Of a stretch of DNA of 64,000 nt, positions 1 to 8,874 are shown piece after piece. The notes below the pieces were generated by a model, which was not told the DNA's origin, searched no databases, and was given only the letters and a program-made list of their open reading frames with translations. The translations under genes and the position numbers were made by a program. The stretch comes from Acidimicrobiia bacterium (GTDB lineage Bacteria; Actinomycetota; Acidimicrobiia; Spongiisociales; ZC4RG35), in contig OZ244034.1 in NCBI GenBank assembly GCA_965215185.1, positions 928,001-992,000 of the forward strand, written 5' to 3'. The first letter of the stretch is position 1. Every line of letters starts with the position of its first letter.

Positions 1-3000
1 CCACGCTGGCACACCAAGCCGAGGAATGTCCCGGGCTCGCAGTTCTTCCGGTTCTATCCCGATGGCGGTGGCGAATCCCGATACTCCTACCGCGGCCCTG
101 GCAACACCTACCAAATTCTCGATGCGACCCGGCAAGCCCTCAGTGTGGTGAGATCGGTAGCGCCCCTCACACGCGCCGACGGCCACGATTTCCGGGTGCT
201 CGAGGACGGGAACTACATGTTGATGGCCTACCAGGACGCCGAACGTGACCTGTCCCATCTCACTTTTAACGATAGGGCGGGCCTGCTCTACGGGACTGAT
301 GTGTATGTGGAGGACTCGGCCATCCAGATCGTCACCCCGGGCGGGGCGGCGACGTTCAACTGGAACTCGTGGGACCACATGCCGCTGGAGGACTGCACGC
401 AGCACTTTTTCCCGCCCAATGACGGCGACTATGCGCATCTGAACTCGATCCAGATGGTGGACGGGCTCATCATCGCGTCGATGCGGGGGTGTTCAAGAAT
501 CCTGGCCATCGACGCCGACACCGGTGATGTGGTGTGGAGGGTGGGGCTGTCCAATCTGAGCGACGAGGAGTGGAGCGAGCGCGACATCGGGCCGCCGCCG
601 CTGGATATCGTAGGCGATGAGGAGGGGCAGTTCTGCGGACAGCACGGGTCGTCGCTTCTGCCCAACGGCAACCTGATCCTCTACGACAACGGCGTGCAGT
701 GCACCAGGAACCCTTGGACGCTTCAGAACCTTCTCCGAGCCAACGAAGAGTACAGCCGCGCCCTGGAGTACGCCCTGGATCTGGAGAACGGCGAGGCGGT
801 GTTCGTGCGGGACCATTCGCTGCACGGAACCGAGGACGAGGTAGGTTATCGCGGCGGGAACGTCGAGCCCTTGAGCAATGGCCATTGGCTGGTCAGCTGG
901 GGTGCTGCCCGCCCACGGAACTCTCCCACCCCGCCACCGACCGATGTGTTCACCCAGGTCGATCCAGACACCGGCGAGGAGTGGCTGTCTGTGGATGGAC
1001 TCCCTAGCTTCACGCGGGGCACTGTCATGCGCCCGGAGTTTCTGGCGGAGGCTCCTGCGGCGTTGGAGGCGCGGGTTTTGGCTGGCAGTTATACGTCGGT
1101 GATTCATTCGGGTGTGGGCGATGCTCCGCGGGTGGCGGTGGCGTTCAACCGGCCGGTAGCGGATTTTGCGGCCTCTACTGCGTCGTTGAGCGTTGTGGGT
1201 GCGACGGTGACGTCGGTGGCGCCTCTTTTGGTGGCGGGCGAGCCGGCCAATGCGTATTTGGTGACGTTGGCTCCTGAGGGTGTGGCTGCGATCACTGTGT
1301 CTGTGGTCGCTGGTAGGGGGTGCGACGTTGGCGGTATTTGCGCGGCTGACGGCACGATGTTGTCGAAGGTGCCCGCGGTGTTGGTGGTCGGTCCGCCGGT
1401 GACGGTGTCGTTTGGTGCCGCCTCGTTTAGCGTGGGCGAGGGCGCGACGCTGGAGGTGCCGGTGGTGTTGAGCAGAGCTCATGGCGGTGGGTTGGAGATT
1501 GAGGTGCTGGTCGTGGCGTCGGGTGTGAGTGCTTCTGGTGATGATTTTTCGGTGGCGGCTAGTGTCAGTTTCGCGGCTGGTGAGACCCGCAAGACGGTGT
1601 TGTTCGACGCTGCGGATGATGATTTGGTGGAGGGTTCGGAGACGGTGGAGTTGAGCTTCGGCGCGTTGGCGTCGGGGTTTTTGGCGGGTTCGACTGCTTT
1701 GACGACGGTCACGATCGGGGATGCCGACGCGGGCGCGTTCGAGTTCGGGGTTGTGAGCAGCGAGGTTTCTGAGGGTGGTGAGACTGTGTTGACGTTCGCG
1801 ATTACCAATGGTGTGACGTTCGCCGTGGATCAGGTTGTCAGCATTGTGGTGGGCGGGTCGGCCACCGCGGGCGACGATTTCGTGTTGGTGGATTCTCAGA
1901 ACCGGCCGCTGTCGGCGCCGTATTCGGTGACGTTGGCGGCGGGGGCGAGTTCGGTCACTGCTGTTTTGCGGGTGGTGAACGATTTGGTTGAAGAGTTGGC
2001 TGAGACGGTCTCGGTGAGCGCCACGCTGGTGTCGACTGGCACGCGTATCGGTTCGCGCACTGTCACCATTCCTGCCAGCGACTTGAACGTGCCGGAGGTC
2101 ACGATCACATCAGCGGGGACTGTGACCGAGGGCACCGACGCGGGGTTCATGCTGAGGCGCACCGCCACGCTGGGGACCCCGTTGACCCAGGCGCTGTCGG
2201 TGCGGGTCGGGGTGACGGCAACGGGTGGGGTCCTGAGCGGCGCTCGGGTGTCGACGGTGACGTTTCTGGCTGGTGACAGCACCGCTGAGCTGCTGGTGGC
2301 GACCACTAATGACGCGGTCGTGGAGGACGCGGCGACGGTGACCACCCTGGTGCGCGCCGACACTGCTAGTCAGCCGAGGTATGTGACCGGCTCGCCGAAC
2401 CGCGCCACGGTCACGGTGCGAGACGACGACGAGGCGAGCTTTGCCGTGTCGGCGGGCGCCGACGCGGTCGTGGAGGGCACCGAGGTGACGGTGACGGTGG
2501 CCACGGGCGGGGTCACGTTCGCGCAAGCCCAGACTCTGTCGGTGAATGTGGCGGGCAGCGCCACCCTCGGCGACGATTTCGTGTTGACCGACTCCAATGG
2601 CGATGGGTTGGTTGCGCCCTATGAGTTGACGTTGGCGGCTGGTGCCGGTTTGGTGAGTCTGAGGATCGCAGCGGCGGTTGATGTGGTGGAGGACGACGGA
2701 GAGACTGTGGTGCTGGTGGTCCTGCACGACGGAGGGTCCATCGGGACGGTGTCGGTCACGGTGACCGACACCAACGACCCGCCGGCGGTGAGCGGCGGCA
2801 GCCGGTTCCTGTTCGCGGAGAACACCATGACGGACGTGGCCGTGTTCACCGCCACCGACGCCGAGGGCGACCCGGTCACCTGGTCGGTCGACGGCTCCGA
2901 CGCCGCTTTGTTCCAGATGGTCGGCGGGACGCTGCGGTTCCGCGCGCCGCCGGATTTCGAGACACCAGCAGATGTCGGCACCAACAATATTTACGATGTC

Positions 3001-5280
3001 ACAGTGCTGGCCTCTGACAGTGAAGGCTCCACCAGCCACAACGTGACTGTGACCGTCACCGACGTCGACGAGGCCGCCACCATCAACAGCGTGCCCGGGT
3101 CTTTCGTGTACAGCTACGAAGAGAACGCCACCACGATGGTGGCTACTTTCACCGCGAACGATCCCGAGCGGGCCACCATCAGATGGACGCTGGGCGGCGC
3201 CGACGCCGCCGTCTTTGCGATAAGCGACCGCGGTGTGCTCACCTTTGTCCGTCCACCCGATTTCGAGCACCCGGTCGACGACAACCAGTATCTGGTGCAG
3301 GTGCAGGCTCGTGCCGGCGCCAACGACCCGGTCTTTGAGGACGTGACCGTCAATGTCTCCAATGTGGACGAGCCGGGCGTGGTGGTGCTGTCGTCGCCGC
3401 AGCCGCAGGTCGACACAGCCCTTGACGCCGAGGTCGCTGATCCCGACAGTGTGCTGGTGGTGCAGACATGGACCTGGCAACGCAAGCTGGGCGGAGGCCC
3501 CTGGGAGAACATCACAGGAGCCACGACCCGAAGCTACACACCAGCGGCCGCCGATGTGGGATATGACCTGCAAGTCGAGGCCACCTACCTCGACCGCGTC
3601 GGTACCGGCACCGACACCGCCGCTGTGGAACCCCCCTACCGCACCCGCGCCGCGCCCAGCACCAACAGCCCGCCGGACTTCGGCGACAGCCCCGGCGACG
3701 ACCCCCTCGGGCGCTCTGTCGCGGAGAACTCGGCTCCGGGCGCGGCTGTCGGCGCGGCGGTCAGAGCCACCGACACCGACCCCGGCGATGCCGCCCGACT
3801 GGCGTACACGCTGTCGGGCGCCGATGCGGGCCTGTATGACATCGACGGTTCCACAGGCCAGATCCGCGTCGGTTCAGGCACGCTGTTGGACTATGAGACC
3901 GCGGTCAGGTCTCACTCTGTCACGGTCACCGCCACCGACCCCTCAGGTGACAGCGACGACATCTCTGTCACCATCGAGATAACCGACGTGAACGAAGCGC
4001 CCATCGCCGGACACGACACCGCCACAGCTGCCGAGGACGGCCGGGTGGTCATCGCAGTGCTGCCCAATGACACCGACCCAGACGGCGACACACTCACTGT
4101 GGCGCTGCGCGACACCCCCCGGCACGGACGCGTCACAGTGCAACCCGACAAGACCCTCGCCTACACGCCCACAAGCGACTTCAACGGCAAAGACATCTTC
4201 ACCTACACAGCCTCCGACGGTCGCCTCCGCAACGAGGCGACCGTGACCGTGACCGTCAACCCGGTCAACGACCAGCCCAAGTTCCCAACAACCTCAACGA
4301 CACGCACCATCGCCGAAGGGGCCCCAGCCGCAACACCGGTGGGCCACCCGGTGACAGCCACCGACGTCGACGGTGATCCGCTCGAATACGGACTCTTCGA
4401 AATCGACGCTCCGTTGTTCACCATCGACCCGGACACGGGCCAGATCAGGGTGGCAGAAGGCACTGTCATAGACCGGTCGGCCCAGTCCAGGTACAGGCTA
4501 CGAGTCGAAGCGACCGACCCGGACGGCGCCAGAGTCAGCACCGCCGTCACCGTGACCGTGACCGCCCGAGGCACCACAACCACGACCACCACCACCACCG
4601 GAGGAGGCGGCGGAGGTGGAGGTGGAGGTGGAGGTTTAGATGAGGGAGGGGGTGATGATGAGCTGCCGCCCACAGCCTCTGAACTGTTCGAAGACATCGA
4701 CCCGGGAGCATGGTACGAACAAGCCGTGACGTGGATGATCCTTCACAAAGTCACCTCCGGATGTTCCACCACTATGTTCTGTCCCGACGCCAACCTCACC
4801 CGCCAACAATTCGTCACGTTCCTCTGGAGAGCAGCCGGCCGACCCACCCCCACCTACCAAGGATCAGAAGCCTTCACCGACGTAGAAGAAGGGGTCTACT
4901 CGGACCAGGCCATCGGCTGGGCGGTCTCCAACGAAATCACCGTGGGATGCACCCCAGGCGCCTTTAGTGATCCTGACTGGGAGTTTTGCCCAACGGATCA
5001 CGTCACCAGGGGACAAATGGCCACCCTCCTCTACCGGCACGTAGAAGCCGACTATGTTGGCACAACCCTCCCATACACCGACGTGCAACCAGACCGATAC
5101 TACGCGGAAAGCATCACCTGGCTCACCGACTTCCAAATAGTCCCCGGATGCGGACCAACCCTGTTTTGCCCCAACCGAGACGCCACCCGCGCCGAAGCCG
5201 CCCATTTCATCAACGGAATAGCCATCCGACCCCACACCTGGGGACCAGAAAACACCAGCTTCATACCCCAACCAAACTAA
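1..5280 (+). CDS. 5'-partial large surface protein: aryl-sulfate sulfotransferase-like domain, Calx-beta, cadherin/Ig-like repeats, Thr/Gly linker, C-terminal SLH domains
   Basis: Frame is open from base 1. Motifs: HDF, DYAHLNSI, FCGQH, YDNG (ASST-like); DDDLVEGSETV (Calx-beta); PDFETP/LDYET (cadherin); FTDV..G/VTRGQMA (SLH). Confidence 0.85.
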   Translation, partial: PRWHTKPRNVPGSQFFRFYPDGGGESRYSYRGPGNTYQILDATRQALSVVRSVAPLTRADGHDFRVLEDGNYMLMAYQDAERDLSHLTFNDRAGLLYGTDVYVEDSAIQIVTPGGAATFNWNSWDHMPLEDCTQHFFPPNDGDYAHLNSIQMVDGLIIASMRGCSRILAIDADTGDVVWRVGLSNLSDEEWSERDIGPPPLDIVGDEEGQFCGQHGSSLLPNGNLILYDNGVQCTRNPWTLQNLLRANEEYSRALEYALDLENGEAVFVRDHSLHGTEDEVGYRGGNVEPLSNGHWLVSWGAARPRNSPTPPPTDVFTQVDPDTGEEWLSVDGLPSFTRGTVMRPEFLAEAPAALEARVLAGSYTSVIHSGVGDAPRVAVAFNRPVADFAASTASLSVVGATVTSVAPLLVAGEPANAYLVTLAPEGVAAITVSVVAGRGCDVGGICAADGTMLSKVPAVLVVGPPVTVSFGAASFSVGEGATLEVPVVLSRAHGGGLEIEVLVVASGVSASGDDFSVAASVSFAAGETRKTVLFDAADDDLVEGSETVELSFGALASGFLAGSTALTTVTIGDADAGAFEFGVVSSEVSEGGETVLTFAITNGVTFAVDQVVSIVVGGSATAGDDFVLVDSQNRPLSAPYSVTLAAGASSVTAVLRVVNDLVEELAETVSVSATLVSTGTRIGSRTVTIPASDLNVPEVTITSAGTVTEGTDAGFMLRRTATLGTPLTQALSVRVGVTATGGVLSGARVSTVTFLAGDSTAELLVATTNDAVVEDAATVTTLVRADTASQPRYVTGSPNRATVTVRDDDEASFAVSAGADAVVEGTEVTVTVATGGVTFAQAQTLSVNVAGSATLGDDFVLTDSNGDGLVAPYELTLAAGAGLVSLRIAAAVDVVEDDGETVVLVVLHDGGSIGTVSVTVTDTNDPPAVSGGSRFLFAENTMTDVAVFTATDAEGDPVTWSVDGSDAALFQMVGGTLRFRAPPDFETPADVGTNNIYDVTVLASDSEGSTSHNVTVTVTDVDEAATINSVPGSFVYSYEENATTMVATFTANDPERATIRWTLGGADAAVFAISDRGVLTFVRPPDFEHPVDDNQYLVQVQARAGANDPVFEDVTVNVSNVDEPGVVVLSSPQPQVDTALDAEVADPDSVLVVQTWTWQRKLGGGPWENITGATTRSYTPAAADVGYDLQVEATYLDRVGTGTDTAAVEPPYRTRAAPSTNSPPDFGDSPGDDPLGRSVAENSAPGAAVGAAVRATDTDPGDAARLAYTLSGADAGLYDIDGSTGQIRVGSGTLLDYETAVRSHSVTVTATDPSGDSDDISVTIEITDVNEAPIAGHDTATAAEDGRVVIAVLPNDTDPDGDTLTVALRDTPRHGRVTVQPDKTLAYTPTSDFNGKDIFTYTASDGRLRNEATVTVTVNPVNDQPKFPTTSTTRTIAEGAPAATPVGHPVTATDVDGDPLEYGLFEIDAPLFTIDPDTGQIRVAEGTVIDRSAQSRYRLRVEATDPDGARVSTAVTVTVTARGTTTTTTTTTGGGGGGGGGGGGLDEGGGDDELPPTASELFEDIDPGAWYEQAVTWMILHKVTSGCSTTMFCPDANLTRQQFVTFLWRAAGRPTPTYQGSEAFTDVEEGVYSDQAIGWAVSNEITVGCTPGAFSDPDWEFCPTDHVTRGQMATLLYRHVEADYVGTTLPYTDVQPDRYYAESITWLTDFQIVPGCGPTLFCPNRDATRAEAAHFINGIAIRPHTWGPENTSFIPQPN

Positions 5281-5315
5281 AACTGAACAGCTCCCAGGAT
5301 TCCCGGTCCCCGTCA

Positions 5316-5341
5316 GCCTCTACTAAACGCGGCGCGATTCA
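5316..5341 (-). mobile_element. Orphan IS3-family (IS6110-like) terminal inverted repeat
   Basis: Minus strand TGAATCGCGCCGCGTTTAGTAGAGGC resembles the IR at 15580-15605. Confidence 0.6.
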
Positions 5342-5489
5342 ATGTGGTTGAGGGGGAACATTGTTTGTGTTCTCTTCTTGGCAAGGTTTAGCCGAACGCG
5401 AAGGATCCCCAAGCATTGCTCTTACGCCCGTACCGGTGCCCGCCACCAACGAATGAGGGGGCGAAGCTCGACCGTCTAGCTGTCGCTGG

Positions 5490-8400
5490 TCACCCAGCCC
5501 AGCGCACCCCGTCTGGCAGCTGCGGCCAGCAGACGATGGTGTCGTCGCTCTTGATGGCGCAGGTGCGATACTCGCCTAACGCAAGGGCTTTGTAGGTGCC
5601 TGCGGGCGGGTCGATCTGCCTGTTGCCGTTTTGTCCCCAGCAGGCGATGGTGTCGTCGGTCGCGATAGCGCAGGTGTGCTCGGCGCCCGCGGTGAGGGCT
5701 TTGTAGGTGCCTGCGGGCGGGTCGCTCTGCCCGCTGTCGTTGTATCCCCAGCAGGCGATGGTGTCGTCGGTCGCGATGGCGCAACTGTGGTTGTAGCCCA
5801 ACGCGAGGGCTTTGTAGGTGCCTGCGGGCGGGTCGCTCTGCCCGCTGTCGTTGTTGCCCCAGCAGGTGATGGTGTCGTCGGTCGCGATGGCGCAACTGTG
5901 CTGGGCGTGGAGAGCAAGTGTCTTGTAGGTGCCTGTGGGCGGGTCGCTCTGCCCGCTGTTGTTTAGCCCCCAGCAGGCGATGGTGTCGTCGGTCTTGATG
6001 GCGCAGGTGTGGTCTGTGCCCGTGGCGAGGGCTTTGTAGGTGCCTGTGGGCAGGTCGCTCTGCCCGTATAGGTTGTATCCCCAGCAGGCGATGGTGTCGT
6101 CGGTCGCGATGGCGCAGGTGTGCTCGTAGCCCGTGGTGAGGGCTTTGTAGGTGCCTGTGGGCGCGTCGGTCTGCCCGTATTGGTTGTATCCCCAGCAGGC
6201 GATGGTGTCGTCGGTCTTGATGGCGCAGGTGTGGTCGTAGCCCGTGGTGAGGGCTTTGTAGGTGCCTGCGGGGCCGTCCGTCTCTCCATACTCGTCGTAT
6301 CCCCAGCAGGCGATGGTGTCGTCGGTCTTGATGGCGCAGGTGTGGTCGTAGCCCGTGGTGAGGGCCTCGTAGGTGCCTGCTAGCGGGTCGGTCTGCCCGA
6401 GGTAGTGGTATCCCCAGCAGGCGACGGTGTCGTCCGTCGCGATGGCACAGGTGTTGTCCAGGTTCATGGTGAGGGCTTTGTAGGTGCCTGCGGGCGCGTC
6501 GCTCTGCCCGCTGTCGTTGCTGCCCCAGCAGGCGACGGTGTCGTCCGTCGCGATGGCACAACTGCGATGGGTGTCGACAGCGAGTGTCTTGTAGGTGCCT
6601 ACGGGCGGGTCGCTCTGCCCCCTGCTGTTGTATCCCCAGCAGGCGATGGTGTCGTCGGTTGCGATGGCACAGGTGTGATAGGAGCCCGCGTCGACGGCTT
6701 TGAAGGTGCCCGCGGGCGCTCTGGTCGCTCCGCGTCTCAGGTAGTTCACTCCCCAGCAGGCGATGGTGTCGTCGGATCTGATGGCGCAAGTGTGAACTTC
6801 GCCGGCGGCCAGGGCCTCGAAGGTGCCCCCCGGCGGCGACACCGACGGGGGGTATCCCCAGCAGGCGATGGTGCCGTCGGTTGCGATGGCGCACGTGTGC
6901 TCCCAGCCGATATCGAGAGCTTTGAAGGTGCCCGCGGGCGGGTCGCTCTGCCCGAAGGCGTCGTATCCCCAGCAGGCGATGGTGCCGTCGGTTGCGATGG
7001 CGCAGGCGTGACGGGATCCGGCGGTGAGGGTCTGGTAGGCACCCGCTGGCGGGTCGCTTTGTTCAATGTCGTTGCTGCCCCAGCAGGCGATGGTGTCGTC
7101 GCTCTTGATGGCGCACGTGTATCTGGCTCCCGCGTCGAGCAGCTTGTAGGTCTCCGCCGGGGGGTCGCCCCTGCCGTCGCCGTTGTTGCCCCAGCAGGTG
7201 ATCGTGTCGTCGGTTGCGATGGCGCAGGTGTGGTAAAAGGCGGCGGCGAGGGCCTTGTAGGTTCCACTCCGCGCGGCGACGGCCGACGTTGTCTCAATCG
7301 AAGGCTGTGACCACTGGGAGTAGCCTTCGCTGTTGTGGGCTCGGACACGGACGGTGTATTGGGTGTCGGCGCTCAGGGCGGTCAGGGTGGCGCTGTTGGT
7401 GATGTGGGTTGATGTCTGCCAGGGGTGGGTGCCGACCGCGGGTCGATGGCGCAGTTCGTAGGAGTCGATGTCGGGGCCGGTGTTGGCCGGCGGGTCCCAA
7501 AACCACTGCAGGCTGTCGGGGCCTCGCTGGGTCAGCGCCGGCGGGTCCAGCTGGGCTGGGGGCTCGGCGGAGTCGATGACAGTGACGAGGATGGTCTGGG
7601 TCTGCGAACGCTCCCTGGTACCGGTGCCGCTGCTTGCCGATACCTCGAACTCGTACTGGTTGTCGGAGCCGCTGTCGGCCGGGCGCTCGTAGTCGGGGGA
7701 CAGCACGAATCGCAGCTCGCCGGAGTTGGCAACGGTGAAATGCCGGGCGTCGGCTCCCCTAGAGATGAGGTATCGGGTGATTGAGTCCGACGGGTCGGGG
7801 TCGTTGGCTGTGACATAGCCGACAAGGGTCGTGTTCTCCTGCACGGTGTGCTGGCCCGAACTCGTGAAAGCCGGCGGATTATTGACCTCCCGGTCAGAGC
7901 CGCCGCCGCCTCCTCCTCCGCTTCCGCTTCCGCCGCTTCCGCCTCCTCCGCTTCCGCCGCCTCCTCCGCTTCCGCTTCCGCCTCCGCCTCCGCCGGAGTC
8001 TTCTTCTCCGCCGCTGGCGCCGGGGCTTTCTTCCGAGGGTTCCAATTCCAAGGCGCGTGCGAGGAACGTGGCCATCTCTGCTCTGGTAACAGCTTGGTCC
8101 GGGCAGAACATGGTGTCTTCGCATCCTTTGGTGATACCCGAAGCGGCGAGCTTGGCGACACTTGCCGCGTACCAAGCGTCGGAAGGCACGTCGCTGAAAC
8201 CAGGGTCGGGTCCTTCATCCAGACCGAAAGCCCGCGACAGGAAGGCAGCCATCTCGGCGCGGGTCGTAGTCCGATCGGGGCAGAAGACACTGCCGTCCCC
8301 GCATCCCTTGGTGACGCCAAGTACTGCCAGGCGCTCAACGAAAGCTACGTGAGGATGCGCCGCGTCCACGTCCCCAAAGCGCCTTGACGCAGCCGGCCAG

Positions 8401-8717
8401 GGGTCCGCTCCGTCCAGGACGCGAACAGTCCACACCGCCACCGTCGCGCGATCTATGTCATCCCCGGGGCAGAACCCCTCATCGCACTCAGTGCCCACAA
8501 ACACCCCGGCGGCGGCAAGAGTGCTGACCGGCTCCGCGTAGTAGGTGTCCGGGGGAACATCCGAATACGGCGCACCGTCCTGCGCCACGGCCACCGACGT
8601 TGCTGCCCCCAGTACCGCAGCCACCATGGCCACAACAGCCAACCCCCAAACCACCCCAACACGAACGCCACTCAACCACAACCGCACTAAAACGAACCCC
8701 CACCGAGGCCGACACAA
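5490..8717 (-). CDS. Secreted SLH-domain protein with Gly/Ser linker, cadherin, FN3 and 16 RCC1-like repeats (start uncertain)
   Basis: Signal-like N-terminus, three SLH motifs (TTRAEMA), PDYERP cadherin motif, FN3 (YTVRVRAHN), repeats of TYKAL...HTCAIxxDDTIACWG. Confidence 0.88.
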   Translation of the reverse strand: MCRPRWGFVLVRLWLSGVRVGVVWGLAVVAMVAAVLGAATSVAVAQDGAPYSDVPPDTYYAEPVSTLAAAGVFVGTECDEGFCPGDDIDRATVAVWTVRVLDGADPWPAASRRFGDVDAAHPHVAFVERLAVLGVTKGCGDGSVFCPDRTTTRAEMAAFLSRAFGLDEGPDPGFSDVPSDAWYAASVAKLAASGITKGCEDTMFCPDQAVTRAEMATFLARALELEPSEESPGASGGEEDSGGGGGGSGSGGGGGSGGGGSGGSGSGGGGGGGSDREVNNPPAFTSSGQHTVQENTTLVGYVTANDPDPSDSITRYLISRGADARHFTVANSGELRFVLSPDYERPADSGSDNQYEFEVSASSGTGTRERSQTQTILVTVIDSAEPPAQLDPPALTQRGPDSLQWFWDPPANTGPDIDSYELRHRPAVGTHPWQTSTHITNSATLTALSADTQYTVRVRAHNSEGYSQWSQPSIETTSAVAARSGTYKALAAAFYHTCAIATDDTITCWGNNGDGRGDPPAETYKLLDAGARYTCAIKSDDTIACWGSNDIEQSDPPAGAYQTLTAGSRHACAIATDGTIACWGYDAFGQSDPPAGTFKALDIGWEHTCAIATDGTIACWGYPPSVSPPGGTFEALAAGEVHTCAIRSDDTIACWGVNYLRRGATRAPAGTFKAVDAGSYHTCAIATDDTIACWGYNSRGQSDPPVGTYKTLAVDTHRSCAIATDDTVACWGSNDSGQSDAPAGTYKALTMNLDNTCAIATDDTVACWGYHYLGQTDPLAGTYEALTTGYDHTCAIKTDDTIACWGYDEYGETDGPAGTYKALTTGYDHTCAIKTDDTIACWGYNQYGQTDAPTGTYKALTTGYEHTCAIATDDTIACWGYNLYGQSDLPTGTYKALATGTDHTCAIKTDDTIACWGLNNSGQSDPPTGTYKTLALHAQHSCAIATDDTITCWGNNDSGQSDPPAGTYKALALGYNHSCAIATDDTIACWGYNDSGQSDPPAGTYKALTAGAEHTCAIATDDTIACWGQNGNRQIDPPAGTYKALALGEYRTCAIKSDDTIVCWPQLPDGVRWAG
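5520..7265 (-). repeat. Intragenic tandem repeat, about 111 bp (37 aa) x16
   Basis: Recurrent cagcaggcgatggtgtcgtcgg core on the + strand. Confidence 0.9.
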
Positions 8718-8874
8718 TTACTACAGATACAACTCATTTATAGAGCAGAAGTTAGCACTTTATACTCGGCGCTCTCATTTTTACCTCACAATCGCCTTAT
8801 AAATGTAACACAGCGGGGCAGCGTCCCATTGACGTGGTGGGAATGATCCTTACCGCAGGATTGGATGGTATCTC

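Noticed and set aside
5520-7265. CRISPR array or DGR variable region
   Set aside because: The repeats are in-frame coding units. There are no cas genes, reverse transcriptase or template repeat in the window, and the variation is not limited to adenines.
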